Positions 27,926 to 36,804 of a DNA stretch of 64,000 bases are shown one piece after another. Positions within the stretch are counted from its first letter, which is position 1. Each line of letters begins with the position of its first letter. A program made the translations under genes and the position numbers. The stretch lies in assembly GCA_035569635.1 (NCBI GenBank), contig DATMMV010000078.1, forward strand, positions 25,712 through 89,711. The letters run 5' to 3'. The DNA comes from Bacteroidia bacterium (GTDB taxonomy: Bacteria; Bacteroidota; Bacteroidia; B-17B0; Aurantibacillaceae). Below the pieces are notes generated by a model. It saw only the letters and a list, made by a program, of their open reading frames with translations. It searched no databases and was not told the origin of the DNA.

Positions 27926-29593
27926 TTGAACGAATTTTTTCAACATATTTTTCAAAGCATTGTTGCTTATCAGCAGGATAAGCCCTTACTGTTTACCCAA
28001 TTGTTTTTTTGGTTTTTCTTGTCGGCTGTACTTGTATTTTATTCTTTCCTTTATAAGTTCAGTAAGGCGCGCACCATTTACTTACTTGCGGTAAGTTTGT
28101 TTTTTTATTATAAAACCAGTGGTGTTTTTTTAATCCTCTTGCTTTTTACTATTTGCAGTGATTATACCTGGGGACAACTAATTTACAGGGCAAAAAAAAA
28201 TTGGGCAAAAAAAATATTTGTCACTTGCAGTGTTTGCATCAATTTACTTTTGTTGGGTTATTTTAAGTATGCTTATTTTTTTACGGAGAGTACAAATCAG
28301 ATTGCCGGAACTGATTTTGTTTTCTTCAACCACTTCTCGCATTTCAGCAACAGTTATTTTGACACGGCCTTTAGTGTAGATAAATTAATTTTACCGGTGG
28401 GAATTTCTTTTTTTACTTTTCAGTCACTCTCATACATTATTGATTTGTACAGGCAAAAAGTAAAACCCGTAAACAATATTTTTGAGTACGGTTTTTTTGT
28501 TTGTTTTTTTCCGCACCTGGTGGCAGGGCCTATTGTAAAATCGCACGAATTTTTATACCAGATACATCAGCCGTATAAATTATCAAAAGTGGAATTCGGG
28601 CTGGCCTTGTTCTGGATTTTAAATGGCCTTGCCAAAAAAATAATGGCCGATTATGTGGGTGTAAATTTTGTAGACCGCATTTTTGAAAACCCGAATTATT
28701 ACAGCGGTGTTGAGGTTATATTGGGAATTTTTGGTTACTCGCTGCAAATCTATGCGGATTTTTCGGGCTATACAGATATTGCAATCGGCGTTGCATTGTT
28801 GTTAGGCTTCCGTTTAAAAACAAATTTCCGTTCACCTTACAAAGCACAAAGTACAAGCGAATTCTGGCAGCGTTGGCATATTTCTTTGTCGAGTTGGTTG
28901 AAAGAATATTTATATATTCCATTGGGCGGAAATAAAAAGGGAACAGTTGGCACTTACGTTTGCCTTTTTATTTTGTGTAGCGTATTTATTTTGCTGAGCG
29001 GTAATCTTCGTCTCTTTGCTTTTTTGCCGGGAGTGGCTGTTTTGTTCGGCGTGCTTATGCATTATTTTGAAGGGTTTAAAAAAACCGTAAACACCAATGT
29101 AAATATTATGATTACGATGTTGCTGGGCGGTTTGTGGCACGGCAGCAGTTGGATGTTTATGATATGGGGAGGATTAAACGGTTTGGGTTTGGTGATTCAT
29201 AAACTCTGGCAAAAAATTTCTCCGTTTAAAAACACAAATAATTTATTTGCTAAATTTTTCTTTATGTTTGTTACGCTGGTGTTTATCAGTTTTACGCGTA
29301 TCTGGTTTCGCAGCGATGATTTGCAAACGGTGAGTGATTTGTTTGACCGCATTCAAAATCATTTCGGCCCCGATTTAATTTTACCTGTGTTAATTTCTTA
29401 CCGCGCGGTTTTATTGGTGATTTTAACCGGGTATTTGATACATTGGATTCCTGAAAGGATGAAAGAATACTATCGCAATTTATTCAGTTCTGTTCCTGTT
29501 CCTGTAATGGGATTAGCAGTTGTGGTAGCTGTATTTTTATTGTATCAGGCTATGAGTGCGGATATGCAGCCATTTATTTATTTTCAATTTTAA
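27926..29593 (+). CDS. MBOAT family O-acyltransferase (AlgI/DltB-like)
   Basis: 555 aa and polytopic, with FWQRWHISLSSWLKEYLYIPLGGN and the GGLWHG catalytic His region. The TTG start is uncertain. Confidence 0.85.
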   Translation: MNEFFQHIFQSIVAYQQDKPLLFTQLFFWFFLSAVLVFYSFLYKFSKARTIYLLAVSLFFYYKTSGVFLILLLFTICSDYTWGQLIYRAKKNWAKKIFVTCSVCINLLLLGYFKYAYFFTESTNQIAGTDFVFFNHFSHFSNSYFDTAFSVDKLILPVGISFFTFQSLSYIIDLYRQKVKPVNNIFEYGFFVCFFPHLVAGPIVKSHEFLYQIHQPYKLSKVEFGLALFWILNGLAKKIMADYVGVNFVDRIFENPNYYSGVEVILGIFGYSLQIYADFSGYTDIAIGVALLLGFRLKTNFRSPYKAQSTSEFWQRWHISLSSWLKEYLYIPLGGNKKGTVGTYVCLFILCSVFILLSGNLRLFAFLPGVAVLFGVLMHYFEGFKKTVNTNVNIMITMLLGGLWHGSSWMFMIWGGLNGLGLVIHKLWQKISPFKNTNNLFAKFFFMFVTLVFISFTRIWFRSDDLQTVSDLFDRIQNHFGPDLILPVLISYRAVLLVILTGYLIHWIPERMKEYYRNLFSSVPVPVMGLAVVVAVFLLYQAMSADMQPFIYFQF

Positions 29594-29596
29594 GTA

Positions 29597-29768
29597 TGCG
29601 AATTACGAATAGCGGCCATACGAATCGGGAGTTTTGCTTCAGTATTTCCTTCGGATAATAATAAAAACCGGTAATGCAAAAAGTAGTAAGTGAAAATGTA
29701 TTAACGTGGTTTATGAAATGCGCCTCATTCGTATATTCGTACAAATTCGTATTCGTAGACTATTCGTA
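29597..29768. repeat. inverted arrays of TACGAAT / ATTCGTA words
   Basis: Forward words: TGCGAAT at 29597 and TACGAAT at 29604 and 29619. Reverse words: ATTCGTA at 29727, 29735, 29745, 29751 and 29762. The spacer between the arrays is ~100 nt. Confidence 0.75.
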
Positions 29769-30029
29769 ATCGGCTTTTAAAAATTCTTTCCAGTCGCCGA
29801 GATTGGCTACTACCTGTAATTGGCGGTAGGTATTGTGGAAAGCATCTTCTTCGGTTTGCGCGTTAAGTACATTTATGCGGTAGTTGTCGTAATTTTTTAT
29901 AGCGCGTTTTTCTTCTGCAGATAATTTGTTGCCGGAAAATTCTTTATCACGCAAGTCGTTTATGCTTACTTCGCCGCCAATTTTTTTCTTGGTAAAGAAT
30001 TCGGTTAATAGTTTAGTTTCGGGTTTCAT
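29760..30029 (-). CDS. hypothetical small cytoplasmic protein
   Basis: 89 aa from the ATG at 30029 (MKPETKLLTEFF...). A TAgaTTTG box lies at 30039..30046 on the minus strand. The last codons (GATTACGAATAG) are part of the TACGAAT repeat array. Confidence 0.5.
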   Translation of the reverse strand: MKPETKLLTEFFTKKKIGGEVSINDLRDKEFSGNKLSAEEKRAIKNYDNYRINVLNAQTEEDAFHNTYRQLQVVANLGDWKEFLKADYE

Positions 30030-30038
30030 AGGTATCTG

Positions 30039-30046
30039 CAAATCTA
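30039..30046 (-). promoter_or_regulatory. -7 box TAGATTTG
   Basis: Exact motif on the minus strand, 10 nt upstream of the ATG at 30029. Confidence 0.45.
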
Positions 30047-30184
30047 AGATAAAACAAAAGGCGCTCTTTTAAAAGAAATAAACCTTTTTAACAGGATAAT
30101 GTTAAGAATTATTAGCCAAAAGCAAGAAAGCGGCAGATGAAACGGATTTAGTTCCTAACTAATTTAACATCTGTAAAACAAAAA

Positions 30185-30212
30185 AGCCCTGTTCAATGAC
30201 AGGGCTTTTTTT
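30185..30212. terminator. intrinsic terminator hairpin
   Basis: 8-bp stem AGCCCTGT / ACAGGGCT with a 6-nt loop, an A-run upstream and a T-run downstream. It lies 17 nt beyond the stop of the M43 protease gene (minus strand). Confidence 0.65.
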
Positions 30213-30228
30213 ATTTTTATTTTCAGAG

Positions 30229-32358
30229 TTACTGAATAATTATTTTTTTAGTAATTTGTTTTCCATCCACATCCATGTTTATAAAATAAACACCCGGTTG
30301 GTAAACTTTCTTTTGCGCTATGGCCAAAGAAGTTGCTCCGGCACTGTATTCTTTAGCAGGAATGGTTTCGATAGTGCGGCCCAAAACATCTGTTACCACA
30401 ACAGAAATATTATGTACTGCAGATAAATTCATATCCAGGTTAATAGTGCCCGATGATGGGTTCGGATAAATAGTTAATCCAACCATTTCTTCAACGGAAG
30501 TAATTCCTACAGAAGCGTCAAACAAATTAATGTCGTCCAGGAAAATATTATTTCCAACTGCTCCGGTCCCTCCGAAATCAGATAGAAATGCAAAGCGGAA
30601 ACGTACATTGTTTTGCCCGGCAACGCCGTTAATGTTAACTGTGTAGGTTGTAAATTGTCCCGAAGTCGGGGTAAAGGCTGTTGCGCTTGCAGGTGTTACG
30701 TTTGCCAGTGTACTTCCGTTACGACTCCAACGGGATACCCATGTTGATCCGCAATCGATGGAAGAGAAAATCTGCATTTTATCGTTATCTGTTGTAGCTT
30801 TTTGCTTGTAGGCATACTTAAATGTAAGTTTAGGAGTGATAAAAGAAGAAATATCAAACGATGTACTTTCTAATATGCTGATATTACCGGCAGTATTAAC
30901 CATATTATCTAATTCGGCAGATTTAACACCGGTAGCCGCAGCACTTGATGTAATAGCCCAGTCTGTTGCTGCTAAGTTGCCTATCGACCAATCAGCGCCG
31001 GGTAAAGTAGTAGTTTCAAAACCTTCGGTAAACTGAGTATTGTAAGAAGCTATATTGGTAAGAACCGTAATATAACCTGTTTTATTAATGGTTCCGCTAC
31101 CTGCAGAAGTAGTTGCCGTATAAGAAACTGCATACGTACCCGGAGCTGCATAGCTTACTTTTGGCATAGAATCAGTAACGGTTGTACCACCCTGCAAAGT
31201 TCCGCCGGTAAAACTCCAGTTCCATGAAGTGGGATGTGCATTAGCTGAACTATCACTGAAAGTTATAATTGCGTTAGGGCAAACCGTACGCACTGTTGCG
31301 TGGAAATTAGCTATAGGAATGCATATTTGCGGGTTTGTAATACCTGTAGCTATTCCGTTGGAAGCACTTATAACATTAGACCTGCCGGAAGTTCCACTTG
31401 TTGCCGAGGTACGCATACGTGCAACCTGGCCTGCGGTAAACATGGTTGAGCAATAAGAATAATCCATATAATTTTGAACGTTTTCAACAACGCCCGGAGT
31501 ACAGACTGCCATAGAAGTATTGCAAACCAGGTTAGAACCCATTGTAATAGGGGTATCGGCTACGCCATCATTACCGCAAGCAACACCGGGATTATTTGTA
31601 TTACCCCATGTATGCTGAAGATTAAACCAGTGGCCTGCCTCGTGTGAAATACAAAACCCGTGAGACGGAGTACTCGCACCGGTGCTGCCAACATAATCAT
31701 AACGCGCAACGATTACGTCAGATGAAGCACCGGAAGAAAAAGTTCCGGGTAAATAAGTATAAGCCGCAGCTGTACCGTTAATGCTTTTTACAACATAAAT
31801 GTTCAGGTATTTGGTTGGGTTCCAGGTATAGGTATACCATGAAAAATTATTTTGCATCCAAACGGTATGCGGGTCAACGTGACGAACAATTCCGTTCGTG
31901 CAATTTCCGTTAGGGTCTATAGTTGCCAGGCGGAATTCTATCTGAACGTCTCCCGCAATACTTTTAAATTGAGGGATTGTATTTACCGTATCCGAGTTAA
32001 GTTTGCGGTAACGGGTTGTCATTTCGCTTACACAAGCAATAGCTTGCGCATCAGTAATATTTTCAGGGCCGTTTTGATGTAAAATATGAAACACTACCGG
32101 GACATAGTAAACCGTTCCCTGTGTTGAGTTAAGGCCACTTTTTTCAGTAGTCGCGGTATTTTTATACCCGTTTTTAGCAGCTTCGGCATCCTGCTTTTCA
32201 TAAATTGCCTCGCGTGCCTCATAGGCCTTTCTGGCTTCCGGGTTTTGATTGAAATAATCATTCATTGCTTTGTGCGTAATACAACCATCCGGTGCCTGCG
32301 CAAAAGCAGATGTTGTAAACAGTATTACAACAGCGCTTATTTGTAAAAATTTATTCAT
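30229..32358 (-). CDS. zinc metalloprotease, M43 (pappalysin/cytophagalysin-like), with PKD-like domain and T9SS type-A CTD
   Basis: 709 aa with a signal peptide (TSAFAQ), the HEAGHWFNLQH zinc motif, and the C-terminus IYPNPSSGTINLDM...PGVYFINMDVDGKQITKKIIIQ. Confidence 0.8.
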   Translation of the reverse strand: MNKFLQISAVVILFTTSAFAQAPDGCITHKAMNDYFNQNPEARKAYEAREAIYEKQDAEAAKNGYKNTATTEKSGLNSTQGTVYYVPVVFHILHQNGPENITDAQAIACVSEMTTRYRKLNSDTVNTIPQFKSIAGDVQIEFRLATIDPNGNCTNGIVRHVDPHTVWMQNNFSWYTYTWNPTKYLNIYVVKSINGTAAAYTYLPGTFSSGASSDVIVARYDYVGSTGASTPSHGFCISHEAGHWFNLQHTWGNTNNPGVACGNDGVADTPITMGSNLVCNTSMAVCTPGVVENVQNYMDYSYCSTMFTAGQVARMRTSATSGTSGRSNVISASNGIATGITNPQICIPIANFHATVRTVCPNAIITFSDSSANAHPTSWNWSFTGGTLQGGTTVTDSMPKVSYAAPGTYAVSYTATTSAGSGTINKTGYITVLTNIASYNTQFTEGFETTTLPGADWSIGNLAATDWAITSSAAATGVKSAELDNMVNTAGNISILESTSFDISSFITPKLTFKYAYKQKATTDNDKMQIFSSIDCGSTWVSRWSRNGSTLANVTPASATAFTPTSGQFTTYTVNINGVAGQNNVRFRFAFLSDFGGTGAVGNNIFLDDINLFDASVGITSVEEMVGLTIYPNPSSGTINLDMNLSAVHNISVVVTDVLGRTIETIPAKEYSAGATSLAIAQKKVYQPGVYFINMDVDGKQITKKIIIQ

Positions 32359-32461
32359 TTTTTATAGGATTTTAAGAGTACCAATATATAGAATAAAGGT
32401 ACATAAAAAAAGGGCAAATAAAAAAAATTACAAGCGGTAATTTAGTGGGACAGGTTGTTTT

Positions 32462-33613
32462 TTAGCCCAAAGCCTGCTTTATATCGGCTAACAAATCCTC
32501 GATATCCTCAATTCCCACACTTAGGCGTAAAAGATGGTCAACCACGCCTGCTTTTTCGCGCTCGGCTTTAGGGATTGAAGCATGTGTCATTGTGGCCGGG
32601 TGATTAATTAATGATTCTACCCCGCCCAAAGATTCGGCAAGTGAAAAAACATGAAAAGAAGATGCTGTGCGGAAAGTTTCTTCAACCGAAGGGTTTTTGA
32701 GCACAAAAGAAATCATTCCTCCGAAATCGCGCATTTGTTTTTTTGCAATTTCGTGATTGGGGTGATCGGTAAAACCGGGCCAGTATACCTTTTCAATTTT
32801 CGGGTGTGTTTTTAAATACTCAGCTATTTTTCTTCCGTTAAAACAGTGGCGTTCCATACGCACATGTAAGGTTTTAATTCCGCGCAAAACTAAAAAACTG
32901 TCCATAGGTCCGGGGTTAGCGCCGCATGAATTTAAAATAAAGGCAAGCTGTTCGTAAAGCTTATCATCATTGATAACCAAAGCCCCCATAATTACATCAC
33001 TGTGCCCGCCCAAATATTTTGTAACAGAATGCATCACAATATCTGCCCCAAGGCTTAAGGGATTTTGTAAAAACGGAGAAGCAAACGTATTATCAACTGC
33101 CAGTATCAGATTATGTTTTTTAGCGATAACCGAACAAGCGGCAATATCGATAATTTTCATTGTTGGATTTGTGGGGGTTTCTGCCCATATGAGTTTTGTG
33201 TTGGCGTTAACATACCCGGCAACAACGTTTACATCTGTCATGTCTACAAAATGAAATTTAATTCCGTAGTTGGCAAATATTTTGGTAAACATGCGATAGC
33301 TTCCCCCGTATAAATCATCGCCGGTAATTACTTCATCGCCCGGTTTCAATAATTTAATGACTGCGTCGGTTGCTCCCATACCGCTACTGAAACACAAACA
33401 ATATTTGCCGTTTTCAAGAGCCGCAATATTTTTTTGCAAAGCTTCACGCGTGGGGTTTTTTCCACGGGCATAAGCAAAACCTTTATGCTTACCGGGATAT
33501 TCCTGTACATAGGTGGAGGTTTGATAAATCGGAGTCATAATAGCTCCTGTGCCCGGATCAGGCTCCGCACCGGCGTGTATCGCTTTAGTGCCGAATTTAT
33601 AATCGTTTTTCAT
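32462..33613 (-). CDS. Cys/Met-metabolism PLP-dependent enzyme (cystathionine gamma-synthase / beta- or gamma-lyase family)
   Basis: 383 aa with the PLP-lysine motif HSVTKYLGGHSD and the family-typical ESLGGVESLI. Exact specificity cannot be told from the sequence alone. Confidence 0.9.
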   Translation of the reverse strand: MKNDYKFGTKAIHAGAEPDPGTGAIMTPIYQTSTYVQEYPGKHKGFAYARGKNPTREALQKNIAALENGKYCLCFSSGMGATDAVIKLLKPGDEVITGDDLYGGSYRMFTKIFANYGIKFHFVDMTDVNVVAGYVNANTKLIWAETPTNPTMKIIDIAACSVIAKKHNLILAVDNTFASPFLQNPLSLGADIVMHSVTKYLGGHSDVIMGALVINDDKLYEQLAFILNSCGANPGPMDSFLVLRGIKTLHVRMERHCFNGRKIAEYLKTHPKIEKVYWPGFTDHPNHEIAKKQMRDFGGMISFVLKNPSVEETFRTASSFHVFSLAESLGGVESLINHPATMTHASIPKAEREKAGVVDHLLRLSVGIEDIEDLLADIKQALG

Positions 33614-33624
33614 AAATGTATTTT

Positions 33625-35502
33625 TTAAGGGTTTGCTTCAACAATTTTAATACTCAGGTTTTTTATAAAAAGTTTTTTCTTTTTCATGTTATCTATAAAA
33701 ATACGGATATAAAGCCCGGTTTTTTCAGGGATTCCGATCTTTAATCTTTCAAAAGAATGGTTCCATTGCATGGGCGTGTTAAATGCCCTTCCCACAAAAG
33801 GATTGTTATTATAATAAGAAATGGTATTATCAGTGCTGAACATGGTGACATAGTCTGTCATCTTTGCGGCGGCTGAATCGGGCAATGGCTGCATATAATC
33901 AAATCCGATTTCGGCAAAACGTGTTTTAAAGAGCCACGATTTGTCGGTTATTATTTCATAATTAAAAGGATATATATCGGTTGCTTCGTAATAGGCACCC
34001 TGCCGGATGTTTTTTTTAACTATGTAAAAATTTTTAGGAAACACGAAATTGGTATCGGTAAGAGAATAAAACAGGCTGTCTGAAACAAAAACTCCCCGGG
34101 GATGATAAAAATCTTCAGTTTCGCATTTGTATAAATACCGATATCTGTCTGATGTTTTCAAAAACACATAGCTGAATTTTTCAAAATCCATCGAGTAAGG
34201 ATGAATGATGCCTTTTATAAACTGGTAAAAAAATACCTGGTGTAATAAAGTAAAAACTATCAGCAGCGACCAGTAAGTAATCCGAATTATTTTTTTACTG
34301 ATTTTTTCAAAAACAAAAGCGAGCAGCAGTGCAAAGAAAATATAAAAGTCAATCAAAGGCCTTTCTCCAAAGCCATCGCCGTAATACCAACTCCACCAGC
34401 TTGCATGTACGTACACCACTAAAAGTAAAAAAAATAAAAGCCATAATACCTGAGCTTTTTCACGACGCATTTTCCAAAGGCCGATAAAAGCGAAAAGCAA
34501 AACAGGCGAATAAATAAAGGCTCCGCGTTTAAAACTAAAGAGATAATTAAAAACCGGTGGCATCCGGTCAAAATAAAAGCCTTCGTTTTTATATCCGTAA
34601 ACCAAAAAATTACCGGTCTCAAGTTTCCAGAATATCAGCTGGATAAAAATTATACTGCCTGCAACTGCCCCGGCTGCTAAAAAATACTTTAAATTACTTT
34701 TAAGCAAAGCAAAAAAGTTTTTCTCCGCCGCTAAAAAGGGATAAGCAAAAACAATAACACCGTTAATAGGCCGGATTAAAACAATAAGGCCCAGCGTTAA
34801 GCCCCCCAGTAAAATTATTTTTAATGAGGGCGAGTCGAAAAAGCGTTTGGCTGTGTAAACGTGCAGCGCAATGATGAAAAATGAAAATACATGCGACATC
34901 GAACTTTCATATACCACGTAATTCAACATGTTGCTTCCAAGAGTTATTGCAAGAAGGCTTGCGGCAATTGCTGTATTTGAGAGATTGTACCAGCGTAATA
35001 CTTTCTTGGTAATTAATAACCCGGAGATAAAATAAAATAAATTGCCCAATGCGCAAAAAACATGAAAAGCACCATTATATCCGTCAACAGACCATCCCAT
35101 AAACCAGCTGTACAATATTCCCATAAGGAAAAACGGCAATAATAAAATGGCCTCACCGCATGTATATTTATTTAAATTTTTTTTATCCTGGTTCAACAAA
35201 AAAGTATTGGAGTACTGGTACCCGAATTTTTCGGGGTCTTTGTCAAAAAAAGAAAAAGTTAAATCATGATAAATAAAAACGGCCGGTAAATATGCGTAAT
35301 ATCCTTTGCCGTCGCCGCTAATCACGTCTTTGTATTCATTACCACTTTGGCCGGAAAAACGGTATTTAAACATAAAAATCGAAACCACTGCCGAGAGCAA
35401 TATAATAAAGCGGTTAAGCTGAAGGTTATTTAAAATAAACGGTCGGGACACTTTTCTATACAAATTTTTTAAGGTGAAGTGCGGTGCCGTCAAACTCGGC
35501 AT
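33625..35502 (-). CDS. polytopic membrane protein, GT-C-like architecture (function unknown)
   Basis: 625 aa with ~12 TM helices followed by a ~200-aa soluble C-terminal domain. The start is uncertain, because the 35502 start overlaps lpxH by 47 nt and the next in-frame ATG is at 35373. Confidence 0.5.
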   Translation of the reverse strand: MPSLTAPHFTLKNLYRKVSRPFILNNLQLNRFIILLSAVVSIFMFKYRFSGQSGNEYKDVISGDGKGYYAYLPAVFIYHDLTFSFFDKDPEKFGYQYSNTFLLNQDKKNLNKYTCGEAILLLPFFLMGILYSWFMGWSVDGYNGAFHVFCALGNLFYFISGLLITKKVLRWYNLSNTAIAASLLAITLGSNMLNYVVYESSMSHVFSFFIIALHVYTAKRFFDSPSLKIILLGGLTLGLIVLIRPINGVIVFAYPFLAAEKNFFALLKSNLKYFLAAGAVAGSIIFIQLIFWKLETGNFLVYGYKNEGFYFDRMPPVFNYLFSFKRGAFIYSPVLLFAFIGLWKMRREKAQVLWLLFFLLLVVYVHASWWSWYYGDGFGERPLIDFYIFFALLLAFVFEKISKKIIRITYWSLLIVFTLLHQVFFYQFIKGIIHPYSMDFEKFSYVFLKTSDRYRYLYKCETEDFYHPRGVFVSDSLFYSLTDTNFVFPKNFYIVKKNIRQGAYYEATDIYPFNYEIITDKSWLFKTRFAEIGFDYMQPLPDSAAAKMTDYVTMFSTDNTISYYNNNPFVGRAFNTPMQWNHSFERLKIGIPEKTGLYIRIFIDNMKKKKLFIKNLSIKIVEANP

Positions 35503-36205
35503 AGGTATAATAATTTACCCATTCGCCCAGGTTTATATAAGTGGAGTTTTCACCAACTTTTACTTCAATAGGTAAATGCCTGTGGCCAAAAACAAAATAA
35601 TCAAAAGTTTTTTCCTTGAGTTTTTCTTTACAATAAAGCACCAGCCATTCTTTATCATCACCCAAATATTGGCTGTCGCTTTTACCCGTTGCGATACGAC
35701 TGCGTTTACTTAAATAAGTAGCTAAGGCAAAAGCAAAATTAGGATGCAATCTTGCATAAAGCCATTGGCATAATTTATTGGCGAAAATTTTCTTCAAAAA
35801 TTTATACCATCCGTCGCCGGGGCCTAATCCATCGCCGTGGCCGATTAAAAACTGTTTTCCGCCGTATGTTTTTTCAATCGGTTCGCGATGTAAAATTACC
35901 CCGGTTTCTTTCGGAAGATAATCAAAAAGCCACATATCATGATTGCCTGTAAAAACATGAACGATTGTACCGTTATCGGTAATCTCAGCCATTTTCCCTA
36001 AAAGGCGCACAAAGCCTTTGGGAACCGTGTATTTATATTCAAACCAAAAATCAAAAATATCACCTACTAAATAAATTTCGGCGGCATCATGCTTAACCCG
36101 GTCAAGCCAGGCCACAATTTTTTTTTCGCGCGCCAGACTACTTTTATAGTCGGGTACACCGAGGTGAAAATCGGATGCAAAATATATTTTTTCTTTACCC
36201 GCCAA
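35456..36205 (-). CDS. lpxH: UDP-2,3-diacylglucosamine diphosphatase
   Basis: 249 aa with calcineurin-like motifs in LpxH order and spacing: SDFHLG, GDIFDFW, GNHDMW, GHGD, GHRH. It has a TTG start, and a TActTTTG box lies at 36226..36233 (minus). Confidence 0.85.
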   Translation of the reverse strand: MAGKEKIYFASDFHLGVPDYKSSLAREKKIVAWLDRVKHDAAEIYLVGDIFDFWFEYKYTVPKGFVRLLGKMAEITDNGTIVHVFTGNHDMWLFDYLPKETGVILHREPIEKTYGGKQFLIGHGDGLGPGDGWYKFLKKIFANKLCQWLYARLHPNFAFALATYLSKRSRIATGKSDSQYLGDDKEWLVLYCKEKLKEKTFDYFVFGHRHLPIEVKVGENSTYINLGEWVNYYTYAEFDGTALHLKKFV

Positions 36206-36212
36206 AAGGCCT

Positions 36213-36220
36213 TATTTTTG
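36213..36220 (+). promoter_or_regulatory. -7 box TATTTTTG (rimM)
   Basis: Exact motif 23 nt upstream of the rimM ATG. Confidence 0.45.
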
Positions 36221-36225
36221 TGCCA

Positions 36226-36233
36226 CAAAAGTA
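36226..36233 (-). promoter_or_regulatory. -7 box TACTTTTG (lpxH)
   Basis: Exact motif on the minus strand, 21 nt upstream of the lpxH TTG start. It lies back-to-back with the rimM box. Confidence 0.45.
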
Positions 36234-36242
36234 CTCTTTTTT

Positions 36243-36752
36243 ATGGTGCAAGATTTAGTGAAAGCAGGCAAACTTACCCGCTTGCATGGTATAAAGGGTT
36301 CTCTCATCCTTAACCCGGATAGCGGCCCCGGGCCTGATGCACAAAAAGTAAAAACTGTTTTTCTTGAAATTAACGGTGTGCATACACCATTCTTTGTTTC
36401 GGAAATTAAAACCTCCGGAAAGAATTTAATTCTGACCTTTGATTCGGTGAAAAACCCGGAAGAGGCTAAAAAACTGGTGGGCAAAGAGGTTTGGTTGGAA
36501 AAGAAAAATTTGTTAAAAGAAAAAAAGCAGGTTGATTATACAGGTTACAGGTTAATAGATGCAGAAAAAGGCGACTTGGGAATAATACTTGAAATTATGG
36601 AAATGCCCGGCCAACGTATGTTTTCCCTTCGGGTTAATGATAAAGAAGTGCTTTTGCCTTTTAACCAGAAGTTAATTGAAAAGGCAGATGTTAAATTGAA
36701 GACTGTTTTTTATCGTGCGCCCGAAGGGCTGATAGATATTTACCTTGACTGA
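36243..36752 (+). CDS. rimM: 16S rRNA processing protein RimM
   Basis: 169 aa with N-terminal GKLTRLHGIKGSLIL and a C-terminal PRC-barrel-like region (YTGYRLIDAEKGDLGIILEI...LLPF). A TAttTTTG box lies at 36213..36220. Confidence 0.8.
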   Translation: MVQDLVKAGKLTRLHGIKGSLILNPDSGPGPDAQKVKTVFLEINGVHTPFFVSEIKTSGKNLILTFDSVKNPEEAKKLVGKEVWLEKKNLLKEKKQVDYTGYRLIDAEKGDLGIILEIMEMPGQRMFSLRVNDKEVLLPFNQKLIEKADVKLKTVFYRAPEGLIDIYLD

Positions 36753-36804
36753 GGCAACCATTTGATTTTTTTTTGTATCTTTAAATGAAAGTTTGGTAAA
36801 ATGT

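Noticed and set aside
28192-28214. A9 and A8 runs inside the MBOAT gene as possible frameshift or phase-variation sites.
   Set aside because: They are in-frame Lys codons (AKKNWAKKI) in an AT-rich genome, the reading frame is intact, and A/T runs of this length are frequent throughout the window.
29597-29768. Possible CRISPR array, suggested by the reiterated short words.
   Set aside because: The units are only 7 nt with irregular 1-15 nt spacing and are arranged as inverted arms. There is no 25-40 nt repeat/spacer periodicity and there are no cas genes.
33614-33624. Looked for a SAM or other riboswitch upstream of the Cys/Met PLP enzyme gene, and for leaders upstream of purM and hutU.
   Set aside because: The upstream gaps are only 11 nt (PLP enzyme gene), ~70 nt (purM) and an overlapping ORF (hutU). 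I saw no conserved riboswitch cores.
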